In this document: positions 18,027 to 27,004 of the stretch, in pieces | Position numbering within the stretch: the stretch's first letter is position 1 | How the letters are laid out: the number at the start of each line of letters is the position of its first letter | Assembly: GCA_016302065.1 (NCBI GenBank) | Contig: JAEDOI010000003.1 | Coordinates: forward strand, 1 to 56,899 | From: Bacilli bacterium | Lineage (GTDB): Bacteria; Bacillota_I; Bacilli_A; RFN20; CAG-826 | Length of the DNA stretch: 56,899 nt | Reading direction: 5' to 3' | Notes under the pieces: model-generated | The model's database searches: none | Seen by the model: the letters and a program-made list of their open reading frames with translations, nothing else | What the model was told of the DNA's origin: nothing | Position numbers and translations under genes: made by a program

Positions 18027-21000
18027 ATGAAAAAGAAACTATTGTTAACACTTGCAGTTAGTTCGTTGATTTTTGGCTCAATTGGGCTTGTTACAGCTTG
18101 TGAACCAGCAAATGGTGAAGTTGAAGGAAATAAAAATTATGAAGGAGAAGGAGAACCTGATCCAACATTAGGAAAAAATGGTGATACTTATTTAGATACT
18201 TTAACTAATACAACTTATATTAAGGTAAATGGTAATTGGGAAATTAAATCGAACTCTAATCATTATGAAGGAAGCGGTATTCCAAATAATGCATTTGGAG
18301 AAGAAGGAGATACATTTACTGATACCTCAACCGGTGATAAATATGTAAAGCAAGGAGATAAGTGGGTTTTAACTGAAGAAGGAAATTTAATTCAAAAGCA
18401 TACTGTAACTTTTGATTTGAATGGAGGAAAACTTAATGGTGCTTCTTTTATTGATCCTGTAGTTGTTAAACATGGTGAGTGGGTTGATGAACCAATTGGA
18501 ACAATTATTAAGAAAAACGCTAAATTTGTTGGTTGGTATGATGGTGAATTTAAGTGGAATTTCCATTCACCAGTTAATGGAGATTTATATCTTGTTGCTA
18601 AATATGAATCAACAGTTGAAGAATCAAAAGTTTCATTTACGGTCGATCCAAATAATGGTGAAGCCGAATATACATGGAGCGGAATAATTGGTGATTATCC
18701 AAAATTACCTGTTCCAAGCAAAGACGGGTATGAGTTTGTTGGTTGGTATATAGAGTCAACAGATGAAAAATGGATTGGAATTGCTAATGAAGATGTAAAT
18801 GGCCAAACTCTTGTTGCTAAATTTATTAAAGCTAATTTTAATTTTAAATTTGAATTAAAAACAGATACAAATACTATTAAAATTACTGGAATTAATAACG
18901 TTGATTCTGTAAGTGCTGTAATTCCAGATTCTTTTGATGGGTACGTAATTGATGAAATTGCAGAAAATGCTTTTGGTAATAGAATTTCACTTGAAAGTGT
19001 TTCATTTGGACCTAATATTAAGATTTGTAGTCCTAAAGCTTTCTTAGGATGTAGAGCGTTAAAAACAATTGAAGTAACAGGCGGAAGTATTTACTATAAA
19101 TCTGTTGATGGAGTTTTATATAATGCTCAAGAAACTGAGCTTGTATTTGTTCCTCAAAAAGCAAGTCCAGACTCAGAATTTAATGTTCCTTCAACCGTTA
19201 CTAAAATTGGTGATTATGCTTTTTATGGACAAGATTTAGAAGGAATTAGTGGTGTAAAACTTCCAGAAGGTTTAGTTGAAATTGGAATTAAGGCTTTCTA
19301 TAATTGCAAAAATGTAAGCCAATGGAATTTCCCATCAACTGTTAAAAAGGTTGGGGATTATGCTTTCTGTAAATATGATAGTGCTATTCAAGAAGTATTT
19401 AACTTAAATAATGGATTAGAGTTTATTGGTGATGCTGCTTTTGCTGGTGTATATATAAAAGGTGAATTCAAATTACCATCTACTGTTAAACACATTGGTG
19501 CTAGAGCATTTGCTAATGACACAGCAATTACAAAATTTACTTTCCCAAGAGATTTGGAAACATTAGGGGAAAATCCATTAAGTAATTGTACTGGCGTTCT
19601 TGAAATAGATATTGAGAGTGGAAATACAAATTTTGCAATTTATGATGGGATTTTATATTCTGCAAATTACAAAACATTAATACTTTGCCCAAGCGGTAGA
19701 GTAGAACCAGTAAATGTAAAAGCTGGAACAGAATTAATTGGACCTTTTGCTTTCTATGAAGTTGATCAATTAGGAGAAATTACATTCCCTGATACAGTTA
19801 AAGAATTTGGGGAATCTGCATTTGAAGATTGCTATCATATTTCTACATTTACAATTCCTGATTCAGTAACAAAGATTGGAGAGGCATGTTTTGATGATTG
19901 TACTGATTTAAGAGAAATTAATTTTGGAACAGGAGTTACCTCTCTTCCAAAATATGCATTTTGGGGTTGTACATCATTAAATGAATTAGTAATTCCTTCA
20001 AATATTAAAAATATAGGCGATTTTGCTTTTGCTTATTGCACAAATTTATCAAAATTGACACTTTCAGAGGGTTTAGAATCAATTGGAACATGTGCTTTTA
20101 TGTACAATTGGCTTGATGAATATGTTCAAGATCCAGGAAGCAAAATAAAAACATTAAAATTACCAGATTCATTGACATATTTATCTGATGATGCTTTTAG
20201 TGGACATAGTGGAATAATTAGCATTCAAGTTGGAGCAAATCTTCCTTCATTCCCTGCAGAGCAATTTAATAACTGCGATATTAAAACAGTTACTGTTAAG
20301 AATTCAAATTATCTCCAAAATGTTGATGGATTAGTACTTTCTAAAGATGGAAGTAAATTATATTTCGCTTCAACTTTGGTTTATGGTAATGTTGAGATTC
20401 CTAGTGGAGTTACAGAAATTGGAGAATATGCTTTTTATAAGAGCTCAACTTTAAAAAATAAATTAAATGAAGATGGATTTGGAATTACTTCAATTAAGAT
20501 TCCTTCAACTGTTGTAACAATTGATGAAGGAGCTTTTACATATGCTAATGTTGGTAGTGTAGCTTTTGGTTCCTCATTAAGAACAATTAAAAATCATGCT
20601 TTCTATAGTGCTGAGTTAAATGGAATTACATTCGCTAATGGTGTAGAAGTAATTGAAGAAGGCGCATTCACATACTGTCATAATATCAAAAATATTATTT
20701 TGCCTTCTAGCTTAAAGGTAATTGGAGAAGATGCTTTTGCTTTGACTGACGTAACTTCTTTAAAGTTAAATGAAGGTTTGGAATCAATAGGTAATGAAGC
20801 ATTTAGAAATACGAATATTTCTGGAGTTGTTAAATTACCAACAACTTTAAAAGAATTGGGAAGCGATGTTTTTTGGCCAGGAATGACAAAGACAAATTAT
20901 GTGGAAGACTTTGACTTAACTGGAAATCCATTTTTAGTTTCTGAAAATGGACTTGTAATGGATAAAGATAAGACCAAAGTCATTACATATGCTAGTGGAT

Positions 21001-21341
21001 ACAAGGTTGATGGTACAAATTATCAAACTTCGATTAGAGTTCCTGAAACAGTTAAAACAATTGGTGTTTCAGCTTTATCTTATGCTCCTTATTTAACTGA
21101 AATTATTTTACCAAGTGGATTAACAAGAATTGAGGATCAAGCTTTTGAAAGCACAGGCAATTTAAAAGAACTTGTAATTCCAATGTCAGTTCAATTTGTT
21201 GGATATAGAGCATTTAATGGTTGGAAGATTGGATCTAGACTTACATTTGAATGTAGTGCAACATATGCTGCTATGCATTTTGATCCAGAATACCTTAATG
21301 GTGTATCTTCAAAAACCACAGTTGTTACATATAATGGGTAA
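18027..21341 (+). CDS. large surface lipoprotein: two Listeria-Bacteroides (Flg_new) repeats plus a BspA-type leucine-rich repeat array
   Basis: Lipobox VTAC (Cys25). HTVTFDLNGG...FVGWYDG...DLYLVAKY and VSFTVDPNNG...GYEFVGWY...TLVAKF. Then ~800 aa of repeats of the form IP.SVt.IG..AF..C..L..i. Confidence 0.85.
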   Translation: MKKKLLLTLAVSSLIFGSIGLVTACEPANGEVEGNKNYEGEGEPDPTLGKNGDTYLDTLTNTTYIKVNGNWEIKSNSNHYEGSGIPNNAFGEEGDTFTDTSTGDKYVKQGDKWVLTEEGNLIQKHTVTFDLNGGKLNGASFIDPVVVKHGEWVDEPIGTIIKKNAKFVGWYDGEFKWNFHSPVNGDLYLVAKYESTVEESKVSFTVDPNNGEAEYTWSGIIGDYPKLPVPSKDGYEFVGWYIESTDEKWIGIANEDVNGQTLVAKFIKANFNFKFELKTDTNTIKITGINNVDSVSAVIPDSFDGYVIDEIAENAFGNRISLESVSFGPNIKICSPKAFLGCRALKTIEVTGGSIYYKSVDGVLYNAQETELVFVPQKASPDSEFNVPSTVTKIGDYAFYGQDLEGISGVKLPEGLVEIGIKAFYNCKNVSQWNFPSTVKKVGDYAFCKYDSAIQEVFNLNNGLEFIGDAAFAGVYIKGEFKLPSTVKHIGARAFANDTAITKFTFPRDLETLGENPLSNCTGVLEIDIESGNTNFAIYDGILYSANYKTLILCPSGRVEPVNVKAGTELIGPFAFYEVDQLGEITFPDTVKEFGESAFEDCYHISTFTIPDSVTKIGEACFDDCTDLREINFGTGVTSLPKYAFWGCTSLNELVIPSNIKNIGDFAFAYCTNLSKLTLSEGLESIGTCAFMYNWLDEYVQDPGSKIKTLKLPDSLTYLSDDAFSGHSGIISIQVGANLPSFPAEQFNNCDIKTVTVKNSNYLQNVDGLVLSKDGSKLYFASTLVYGNVEIPSGVTEIGEYAFYKSSTLKNKLNEDGFGITSIKIPSTVVTIDEGAFTYANVGSVAFGSSLRTIKNHAFYSAELNGITFANGVEVIEEGAFTYCHNIKNIILPSSLKVIGEDAFALTDVTSLKLNEGLESIGNEAFRNTNISGVVKLPTTLKELGSDVFWPGMTKTNYVEDFDLTGNPFLVSENGLVMDKDKTKVITYASGYKVDGTNYQTSIRVPETVKTIGVSALSYAPYLTEIILPSGLTRIEDQAFESTGNLKELVIPMSVQFVGYRAFNGWKIGSRLTFECSATYAAMHFDPEYLNGVSSKTTVVTYNG
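18915..21296 (+). repeat. BspA-like LRR repeat array (coding)
   Basis: More than 25 iterations of ~23-25-aa units, for example IPDSVTKIGEACFDDCTDLREINF and IPSNIKNIGDFAFAYCTNLSKLTL. Confidence 0.8.
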
Positions 21342-21347
21342 ATTAAA

Positions 21348-22352
21348 ATGAAAAATAATAAGATTTGTATTCTTCTTATGGGCGCATTCCTTATGGGATG
21401 TACGCCTGTAAGTAAGGATTATTATGAAATAAATTATTTAAATAACTATGAAAATGGCGGTTATTTTAAAAATTCAGTAGTAAGTAAGGATGGTTTAATC
21501 AAGAGACCTTCAAATCCAAAAAGAGAAGGATATCTTTTTCAAGGTTGGTCAACAAGCAAAGATGAATTTATTGAATTTACGCAATTTGATGAAAAACCAA
21601 CAAAAGACTTAACATTATATGCTTCATGGGTTGAAGATAATGAATCATTAAATGATTTATTTAAGGCTAAATTATTTAAAAAATATGTTTCATGGGTTGA
21701 ATTACCAACTGTTAAGGCAATAAGAAATAGTCAAATTATTATCCAATATTATAGTCCTGTTGAACATGTAGTTTCACTTGAAGGGAAAGATGTATTTGAA
21801 AGATATAATGATTACACAACATGCGATACTTATGTAACAGAAGAAGATGAATCTGAAAGAAAAACTGCTTCTACAAAATATTATTATGATAATAAATATT
21901 TTTATAAAGATTATCGTAATTTTGAAGATTCACAAGAGAATAAAGTAACAACATCACCTTTTGCTGATTCTCAGGTTGAAGATTTCTTAAATATTGGGTT
22001 TTATAACTTAAATTTAAGAGATTTTGATAAGGTGATCAAAGGATTAGAGGATGGTAAAACTGAAGATGACCTCTTCTATTACGATATTAAAGAAATTTCT
22101 TTAGCAGATTTCAATTCAAAAGCAGAATATTTTGAATTTTCATTTATGTATCGACAAGATGTATATAATGAAGAGCAAGGAATGACGCTTCACAATATTT
22201 ATGGATATGATGGAAGTATTCATTTTAAAAATAACTCTATTTGGAAATCAAAAGTTATCCGTTACAACGCAGTTGGTGTTAATGGCGAAATAATGATGGA
22301 AGAAATGGACACCGATACTATTGTTTATGAAACTGGTGATCTTTCTAGGTAA
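21348..22352 (+). CDS. lipoprotein with one Flg_new-type repeat
   Basis: Lipobox LMGC (Cys18). PSNPKREGYLFQGWSTSKDE...DLTLYASW. Confidence 0.7.
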   Translation: MKNNKICILLMGAFLMGCTPVSKDYYEINYLNNYENGGYFKNSVVSKDGLIKRPSNPKREGYLFQGWSTSKDEFIEFTQFDEKPTKDLTLYASWVEDNESLNDLFKAKLFKKYVSWVELPTVKAIRNSQIIIQYYSPVEHVVSLEGKDVFERYNDYTTCDTYVTEEDESERKTASTKYYYDNKYFYKDYRNFEDSQENKVTTSPFADSQVEDFLNIGFYNLNLRDFDKVIKGLEDGKTEDDLFYYDIKEISLADFNSKAEYFEFSFMYRQDVYNEEQGMTLHNIYGYDGSIHFKNNSIWKSKVIRYNAVGVNGEIMMEEMDTDTIVYETGDLSR

Positions 22353-22358
22353 AAATAT

Positions 22359-23801
22359 ATGAGAAAGAATATTGTTTTTGGTTTTTCTTTATTAAGTTTA
22401 TGTTTAATTTCGGGTTGCTCTGATACAATCAAAGAACCTCCAGTTGTTGAACAAGAAAAATGTTTGTTTTCTTATATAAATGAGAAAAAAGATAGTGATG
22501 ATTATGTTTTAACTATTACGGGTGAAGGACACTCACCTATGTCTTCAACAACTTATAATAGAAGAATTTCGTATTCAAAAAATGCTATTAAATTTGAAGA
22601 AATTTATAGTTCTTATTCGGTTGTTAGTGGCTATATTAATAAAAACGATGCTGTTTATACTTTCAAACAAAAAGATGGGAAATATAAATTAGATAATATA
22701 ATTGAACAATCTTCTGATTATCATAGTCTTGTTTATTCTTTAAGCAATTTAAAGTTAGATACATATTTAGAATATGAAAATAATAACTATAATTTCGAAT
22801 TAGGTGTCGATGCAAGTGGTAATCCAATTAAATTTGTTGATTATTACAATGTTTTTGTTTTAGCCAATATGCTAAAAATTGGTACACAAATAGACTATGT
22901 TGCAGGTGCTAAGTTATCGTTTAATAAAGATACTGAAAAATTAACATTAGAATTGATAAGCTATTTAGAAAATTCTTATGGTAATGATTATTTAAACACC
23001 TATAGAGTTGACATTGCTTTTACTAATAATACGGATGATGTAATTTCTTCTTTAGATAATTCGACTTTATCGAAGGAACCATTGAATGAAAAATTTTCTA
23101 TAATTAAAGAATTATGTGAACTTGGATATGGTATTAAAAATTATTCAATGAATGGTAGTGATGGTAATGGAAACACTATGAAAATTTATGGTGATATATA
23201 CATTAATGACGATTATTGTGTATTCGATTACTCAAAGGAAGCATACCAAGCCATTCAAGGTTATATTAATTATGAAAATGCAGTTTATTCTATTCAACCT
23301 AATGGAACAAGTGTTTCAATTCAAAAAGTGATTAGTAAAAAAGATATAATGGATTTTAATAAACAAAATAATTCATCTTACACATCAATTGATTTCATGA
23401 GAATATTATTTAATCAAACATTTGATATTATTCCAATTGAAAACACTTCACTTTATCAAAATGAAAAATATGTTGAATATAATGCTAATTTAGATTTATT
23501 TTACTCTGAGGATTTTTTTGATCTTCTAGGATTTAGTGCAAATGTTGATGAAAGTATGTATACATCGATGTTGAATCCTTCAATTAGACCTCTTTCTTAT
23601 ACTCTTTCTTATAAAGAATATGGTGATGCATCTACTAAAAATGACGATTTAATTAATGTTGGATATATTGCTTACAAAGGTAATAAAGAGGGCAACGGAA
23701 TTGCATATGAAGGAAATTATAGAATGTATTCATATTCAAATTTTGGTTGTAGAAACGACTTAATGGAATTTGCCCTAGAATATACTTTACCAAATATGTA
23801 A
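22359..23801 (+). CDS. lipoprotein, function unknown
   Basis: Signal peptide with lipobox ISGC (Cys20). 480 aa. Tightly packed after the preceding lipoprotein genes. Confidence 0.7.
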   Translation: MRKNIVFGFSLLSLCLISGCSDTIKEPPVVEQEKCLFSYINEKKDSDDYVLTITGEGHSPMSSTTYNRRISYSKNAIKFEEIYSSYSVVSGYINKNDAVYTFKQKDGKYKLDNIIEQSSDYHSLVYSLSNLKLDTYLEYENNNYNFELGVDASGNPIKFVDYYNVFVLANMLKIGTQIDYVAGAKLSFNKDTEKLTLELISYLENSYGNDYLNTYRVDIAFTNNTDDVISSLDNSTLSKEPLNEKFSIIKELCELGYGIKNYSMNGSDGNGNTMKIYGDIYINDDYCVFDYSKEAYQAIQGYINYENAVYSIQPNGTSVSIQKVISKKDIMDFNKQNNSSYTSIDFMRILFNQTFDIIPIENTSLYQNEKYVEYNANLDLFYSEDFFDLLGFSANVDESMYTSMLNPSIRPLSYTLSYKEYGDASTKNDDLINVGYIAYKGNKEGNGIAYEGNYRMYSYSNFGCRNDLMEFALEYTLPNM

Positions 23802-23802
23802 T

Positions 23803-23828
23803 AGCGCCTTAAAAAAGGCGCTTTTTAT
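23803..23828. terminator. Bidirectional terminator between the lipoprotein block and the SPFH gene
   Basis: AGCGCCTT/AAGGCGCT stem, AAAA loop, T-tract. Confidence 0.85.
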
Positions 23829-23829
23829 A

Positions 23830-24771
23830 TTATTTTTCGTTTACTGTTTCTTTAATTACACTAGCAAGAGATGTTACATTAGCAAGATTTGAAGGAACTA
23901 TTAACTTAGTTGATTTTCCATCGGCTACTTTTTCTAACGTCTCATATGATTTTAAAGTCAAGACTTTATCATCTATTTGAGCCTCTTTTAATAATTGAAG
24001 ACCTTTGCTTTCAGCTTGTCTAATTAACATTTCACCTTCAGCTTGAGCTTTTTTAATTTTGAGAATTGATTCAGCCTCAGCTTCAGCAGCTTTAATTTTT
24101 GATTGTTTATCAGCTTCCGCATTAAGAATGATTGATTCTTTTCTTCCTTCAGCAATAAGAATTTGAGAATTTTTTTCACCTTCTGCAAGAAGAATTTTTT
24201 CTCTTTTTTCTCTTTCAGCTCTCATTTGTCTTTCCATTGCATCGCGGATATCTTTTGGAGGAAGAATATTTTTAACTTCAACACGATTCACTTTAATTCC
24301 CCAAGGATCTGTTGCTTCATCAAGAATGGATCTCATTTTAGAATTTATAATATCTCTTGATGTTAAAGTATCATCTAAATCAAGTTCTCCAATTATGTTT
24401 CTTAAAGTGGTACTAGAAAGATTTTCTAATGCTGTTACTGGGTCTTCGACACCATATGTAAATAATTTTGGATCGGTAACTTGGAAAAAGACAATTGTAT
24501 CAATTTGCATTGTGACATTATCCTTTGTAATAACTGGTTGAGGTGGGAAATCTCTAATTTGTTCTTTCATAGATACAACTTTAGCAACTCTATCGAAGAA
24601 AGGAATGAGATAATGAATTCCTACACCCCATGTAGTTTTATATGCTCCTAATCTTTCAATAATATATTTATTAGTTTGTTTAACAATTCTAACTCCACTA
24701 GCAAATATAACAATTAAAACAAATCCTAAGACAGAGAAAACGACTGTAACAACAATTTCTGGTGTTGACAT
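23830..24771 (-). CDS. SPFH/Band 7 (stomatin/prohibitin-like) protein
   Basis: N-terminal TM, SPFH core (IDTIVFFQVTDP..., LRNIIGELDLDD...) and an Ala/Glu-rich coiled-coil tail. Confidence 0.85.
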   Translation of the reverse strand: MSTPEIVVTVVFSVLGFVLIVIFASGVRIVKQTNKYIIERLGAYKTTWGVGIHYLIPFFDRVAKVVSMKEQIRDFPPQPVITKDNVTMQIDTIVFFQVTDPKLFTYGVEDPVTALENLSSTTLRNIIGELDLDDTLTSRDIINSKMRSILDEATDPWGIKVNRVEVKNILPPKDIRDAMERQMRAEREKREKILLAEGEKNSQILIAEGRKESIILNAEADKQSKIKAAEAEAESILKIKKAQAEGEMLIRQAESKGLQLLKEAQIDDKVLTLKSYETLEKVADGKSTKLIVPSNLANVTSLASVIKETVNEK

Positions 24772-24774
24772 AAA

Positions 24775-25227
24775 CTAACCCTCCTTTTTTATTTCTTTAA
24801 CAATTAATTTGTTACCATTAACGTTTTTAACAATGACATGACTTCCTTTTGAAATTGGAACATTGTCTAAACTTAAGGCATTCCATAATACTCCATGGAT
24901 CTTAACTGTTCCTAAATCGACATCATTAATTTCTGATTCGACAATACCTTTTTTTCCAATAATTTCATCAATATTAGAATTTAGTGTGTTTTTATTTAGT
25001 ATTTTTTTAATTATTGGTCTAAGGCATAATAGTAAAGTTAAAGATATAACTATAAATACGATTATTGGAATATAGAATGGAACGTTAGGTATTGCAGAAA
25101 GAATTAATGCAATAATGCTTCCAGCACTAAACCAAATAGATACGAGTTCAGTTGTGCAAGCTTCGATAATAACACTTACTACAAAGATAACCAGCCAAAC
25201 CACAATAAGAGAAATGTATAGTTCCAC
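24775..25227 (-). CDS. NfeD-family membrane protein
   Basis: Three N-terminal TMs plus a C-terminal OB-like segment (GKKGIVES...GTVKIHGVLWNA...G..V.V). GTG start behind a GGAGG SD. Classic pairing with SPFH. Confidence 0.8.
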   Translation of the reverse strand: MELYISLIVVWLVIFVVSVIIEACTTELVSIWFSAGSIIALILSAIPNVPFYIPIIVFIVISLTLLLCLRPIIKKILNKNTLNSNIDEIIGKKGIVESEINDVDLGTVKIHGVLWNALSLDNVPISKGSHVIVKNVNGNKLIVKEIKKEG

Positions 25228-25229
25228 TT

Positions 25230-25598
25230 TTAGACCTCCTTATTTAAATCTATTAGTAGAAGATTATCACCTTCTATATATTTTGTTTTAAATTTACGTG
25301 GTGTAGAATTGAATTCAAGTTCGAATTTTTGTTCAATCATTTTTATTAAATCAGAATTTGATATACGTGCATATGTTGGTCCATATGTTAAATTAAGTAA
25401 CAAGTTTTTATCAACAAAATCGATATCATTTATATTAATTGGTTTTATTATTACGTATCTATCTTCAAGTGAAATTCCCACTTGAACATATTCAGCGTTA
25501 TCTAAATTTATTGCACCGACTTTATTAATTGTAATATTTGTACTATAAATACTTGCAATGCCATCTTTTAATGCTTTATTAAACCATTGAATTTCCAT
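25230..25598 (-). CDS. hypothetical protein (122 aa), first gene of the nfeD-SPFH operon
   Basis: ORF with an AAAGGGGA SD. 2-nt gap to nfeD. No motif recognised. Confidence 0.55.
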   Translation of the reverse strand: MEIQWFNKALKDGIASIYSTNITINKVGAINLDNAEYVQVGISLEDRYVIIKPININDIDFVDKNLLLNLTYGPTYARISNSDLIKMIEQKFELEFNSTPRKFKTKYIEGDNLLLIDLNKEV

Positions 25599-25776
25599 TT
25601 TATTTCCCCTTTCTATGTTTATATTATCAATAAATTATTAATAATTCAATAAAATTCTAAAAAATACAAAAAAATATTAATAAGAAGTTATCATTAATTT
25701 TATTCTTATTTTAAAAATAATAATAATAAAGTATTAAAATTATATTAAAAAAATATATTAAAACGATAGATTGTTA

Positions 25777-25785
25777 TGTTATAAT
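25777..25785 (+). promoter_or_regulatory. Extended -10 promoter (TGTTATAAT) immediately upstream of the response-regulator ATG
   Basis: Perfect TGnTATAAT. The ATG at 25795 lies 10 nt after the last T. No SD. Confidence 0.55.
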
Positions 25786-25794
25786 TTCTTACGT

Positions 25795-26490
25795 ATGAGT
25801 ATAAATATTAGTTCAAAAAATATTCTTGTATGTCAAGAAGATAAATCAAAATTAACTGAAATTAGAAATGCGTTAAAAACACTTGGTTGCAATATTATTT
25901 CTTGCAATACGTGTCGAGAAGCAATGGACATTTGCATTAAATCCTTGATAGATTTATTAATTCTTGATTTAAATTTACCTGATGGAAATGGAATGAGTGT
26001 AATTGATTTTATTAGATCATTTAATAATAAATTACCAATAATTGTTGTTACAAGTAGGAATAATATTGAATCTAAAGTTATGGCATTTGAGGCTGGAGCA
26101 AATGATTATCTTACAAAGCCTTTTAATATGCTTGAATTATTAGCAAGAGTAAAAAACCAATTCAGATATTTAGCAGTAGAAGATAAACACGTTTTAACTA
26201 ATGGACCATTAGTTATTGATTATGATGCCAAAACAGTTTTTGTTAATGGAGTAGAAGTTCATTTTACAAATTTTGAGTATAAGATTGTAGTTTTATTAGC
26301 ACAAAACATTGATAAAACATTAAGTCATGATTATATTATCGGTCATATCTGGGGTGAAAATGGTCAAGATCCAAATGGATTAAGAGTTTTTATGGCAGGT
26401 ATTAGAAAGAAAATTAATAAAGATCCAAGAAGTAGTAAAATTTTAAGAACTGATGTTGGCTTAGGATACAGAATGAATTCTGTTGATTAA
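25795..26490 (+). CDS. OmpR/KdpE-type response regulator (orphan)
   Basis: Receiver residues present (QED, LDLNLPD, VVTS, LTKPF). Winged-helix C-terminus (LRVFMAGIRKKINKDP...TDVGLGYRM). The tracked ORF opens at TTG 25771, inside the promoter. Confidence 0.85.
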   Translation: MSINISSKNILVCQEDKSKLTEIRNALKTLGCNIISCNTCREAMDICIKSLIDLLILDLNLPDGNGMSVIDFIRSFNNKLPIIVVTSRNNIESKVMAFEAGANDYLTKPFNMLELLARVKNQFRYLAVEDKHVLTNGPLVIDYDAKTVFVNGVEVHFTNFEYKIVVLLAQNIDKTLSHDYIIGHIWGENGQDPNGLRVFMAGIRKKINKDPRSSKILRTDVGLGYRMNSVD

Positions 26491-26491
26491 T

Positions 26492-26920
26492 ATGCATAAA
26501 TTTATAGCAAAAGTAATTGTTTTGCTAAGTATTTTAGCAAATTTTGTTTTATTTATTGTAACTGTTGTTTCATTAATTTTTGTTGCTTTATCAACAAATG
26601 CAATTCAAGAATTTACATATGCAATAAATAATCCTATAACTTGGGCAGGAACTATATTTTCACTTACGACTGTTGTTTATACTTTAGTCATTTCAATTGT
26701 CGCTTTAGTTGATTTAATTAAAGGTAAGGATATGAGGAATGTATCATATAATTATTGTGCTTTGCTTCCTATAATGATAACTGCAGGAATTACTGTTTTT
26801 GTTTTTGGTACATTAAAAGATGTATATTTTGATTTCTATTGTGGTATATATATCGCAACAGTCATTTTAAATTTATTATTATTTGCACTTAGTTTATTAA
26901 TTAATAAAAAGAGATTATAA
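26492..26920 (+). CDS. small 4-TM membrane protein
   Basis: About 142 aa and hydrophobic. The ATG lies 1 nt after the response-regulator stop codon. Confidence 0.55.
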   Translation: MHKFIAKVIVLLSILANFVLFIVTVVSLIFVALSTNAIQEFTYAINNPITWAGTIFSLTTVVYTLVISIVALVDLIKGKDMRNVSYNYCALLPIMITAGITVFVFGTLKDVYFDFYCGIYIATVILNLLLFALSLLINKKRL

Positions 26921-26942
26921 GAATTATTTATTAGTTTTTTTG

Positions 26943-26971
26943 TTGCGAACATATTTTTAATTTGGTAAAAT
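26943..26971 (+). promoter_or_regulatory. Sigma-A-type promoter for rex-adhE (TTGCGA-17-TAAAAT)
   Basis: -35 at 26943-26948, 17-nt spacer, -10 at 26966-26971. Confidence 0.45.
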
Positions 26972-27004
26972 TAATTCAGTAAAAAATTACTGAATAGGAA
27001 ATTT

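Noticed and set aside
18463-18687. 74-aa + strand ORF in an alternative frame of the BspA-like gene
   Set aside because: Out-of-frame overlap inside a region with clear Flg_new repeat signatures in the main frame.
24163-25075. + strand ORFs 24163..24360, 24326..24541 and 24863..25075
   Set aside because: Antisense to the SPFH and NfeD genes. Phe/Ser-rich translations typical of reading a Lys/Glu-rich gene backwards.
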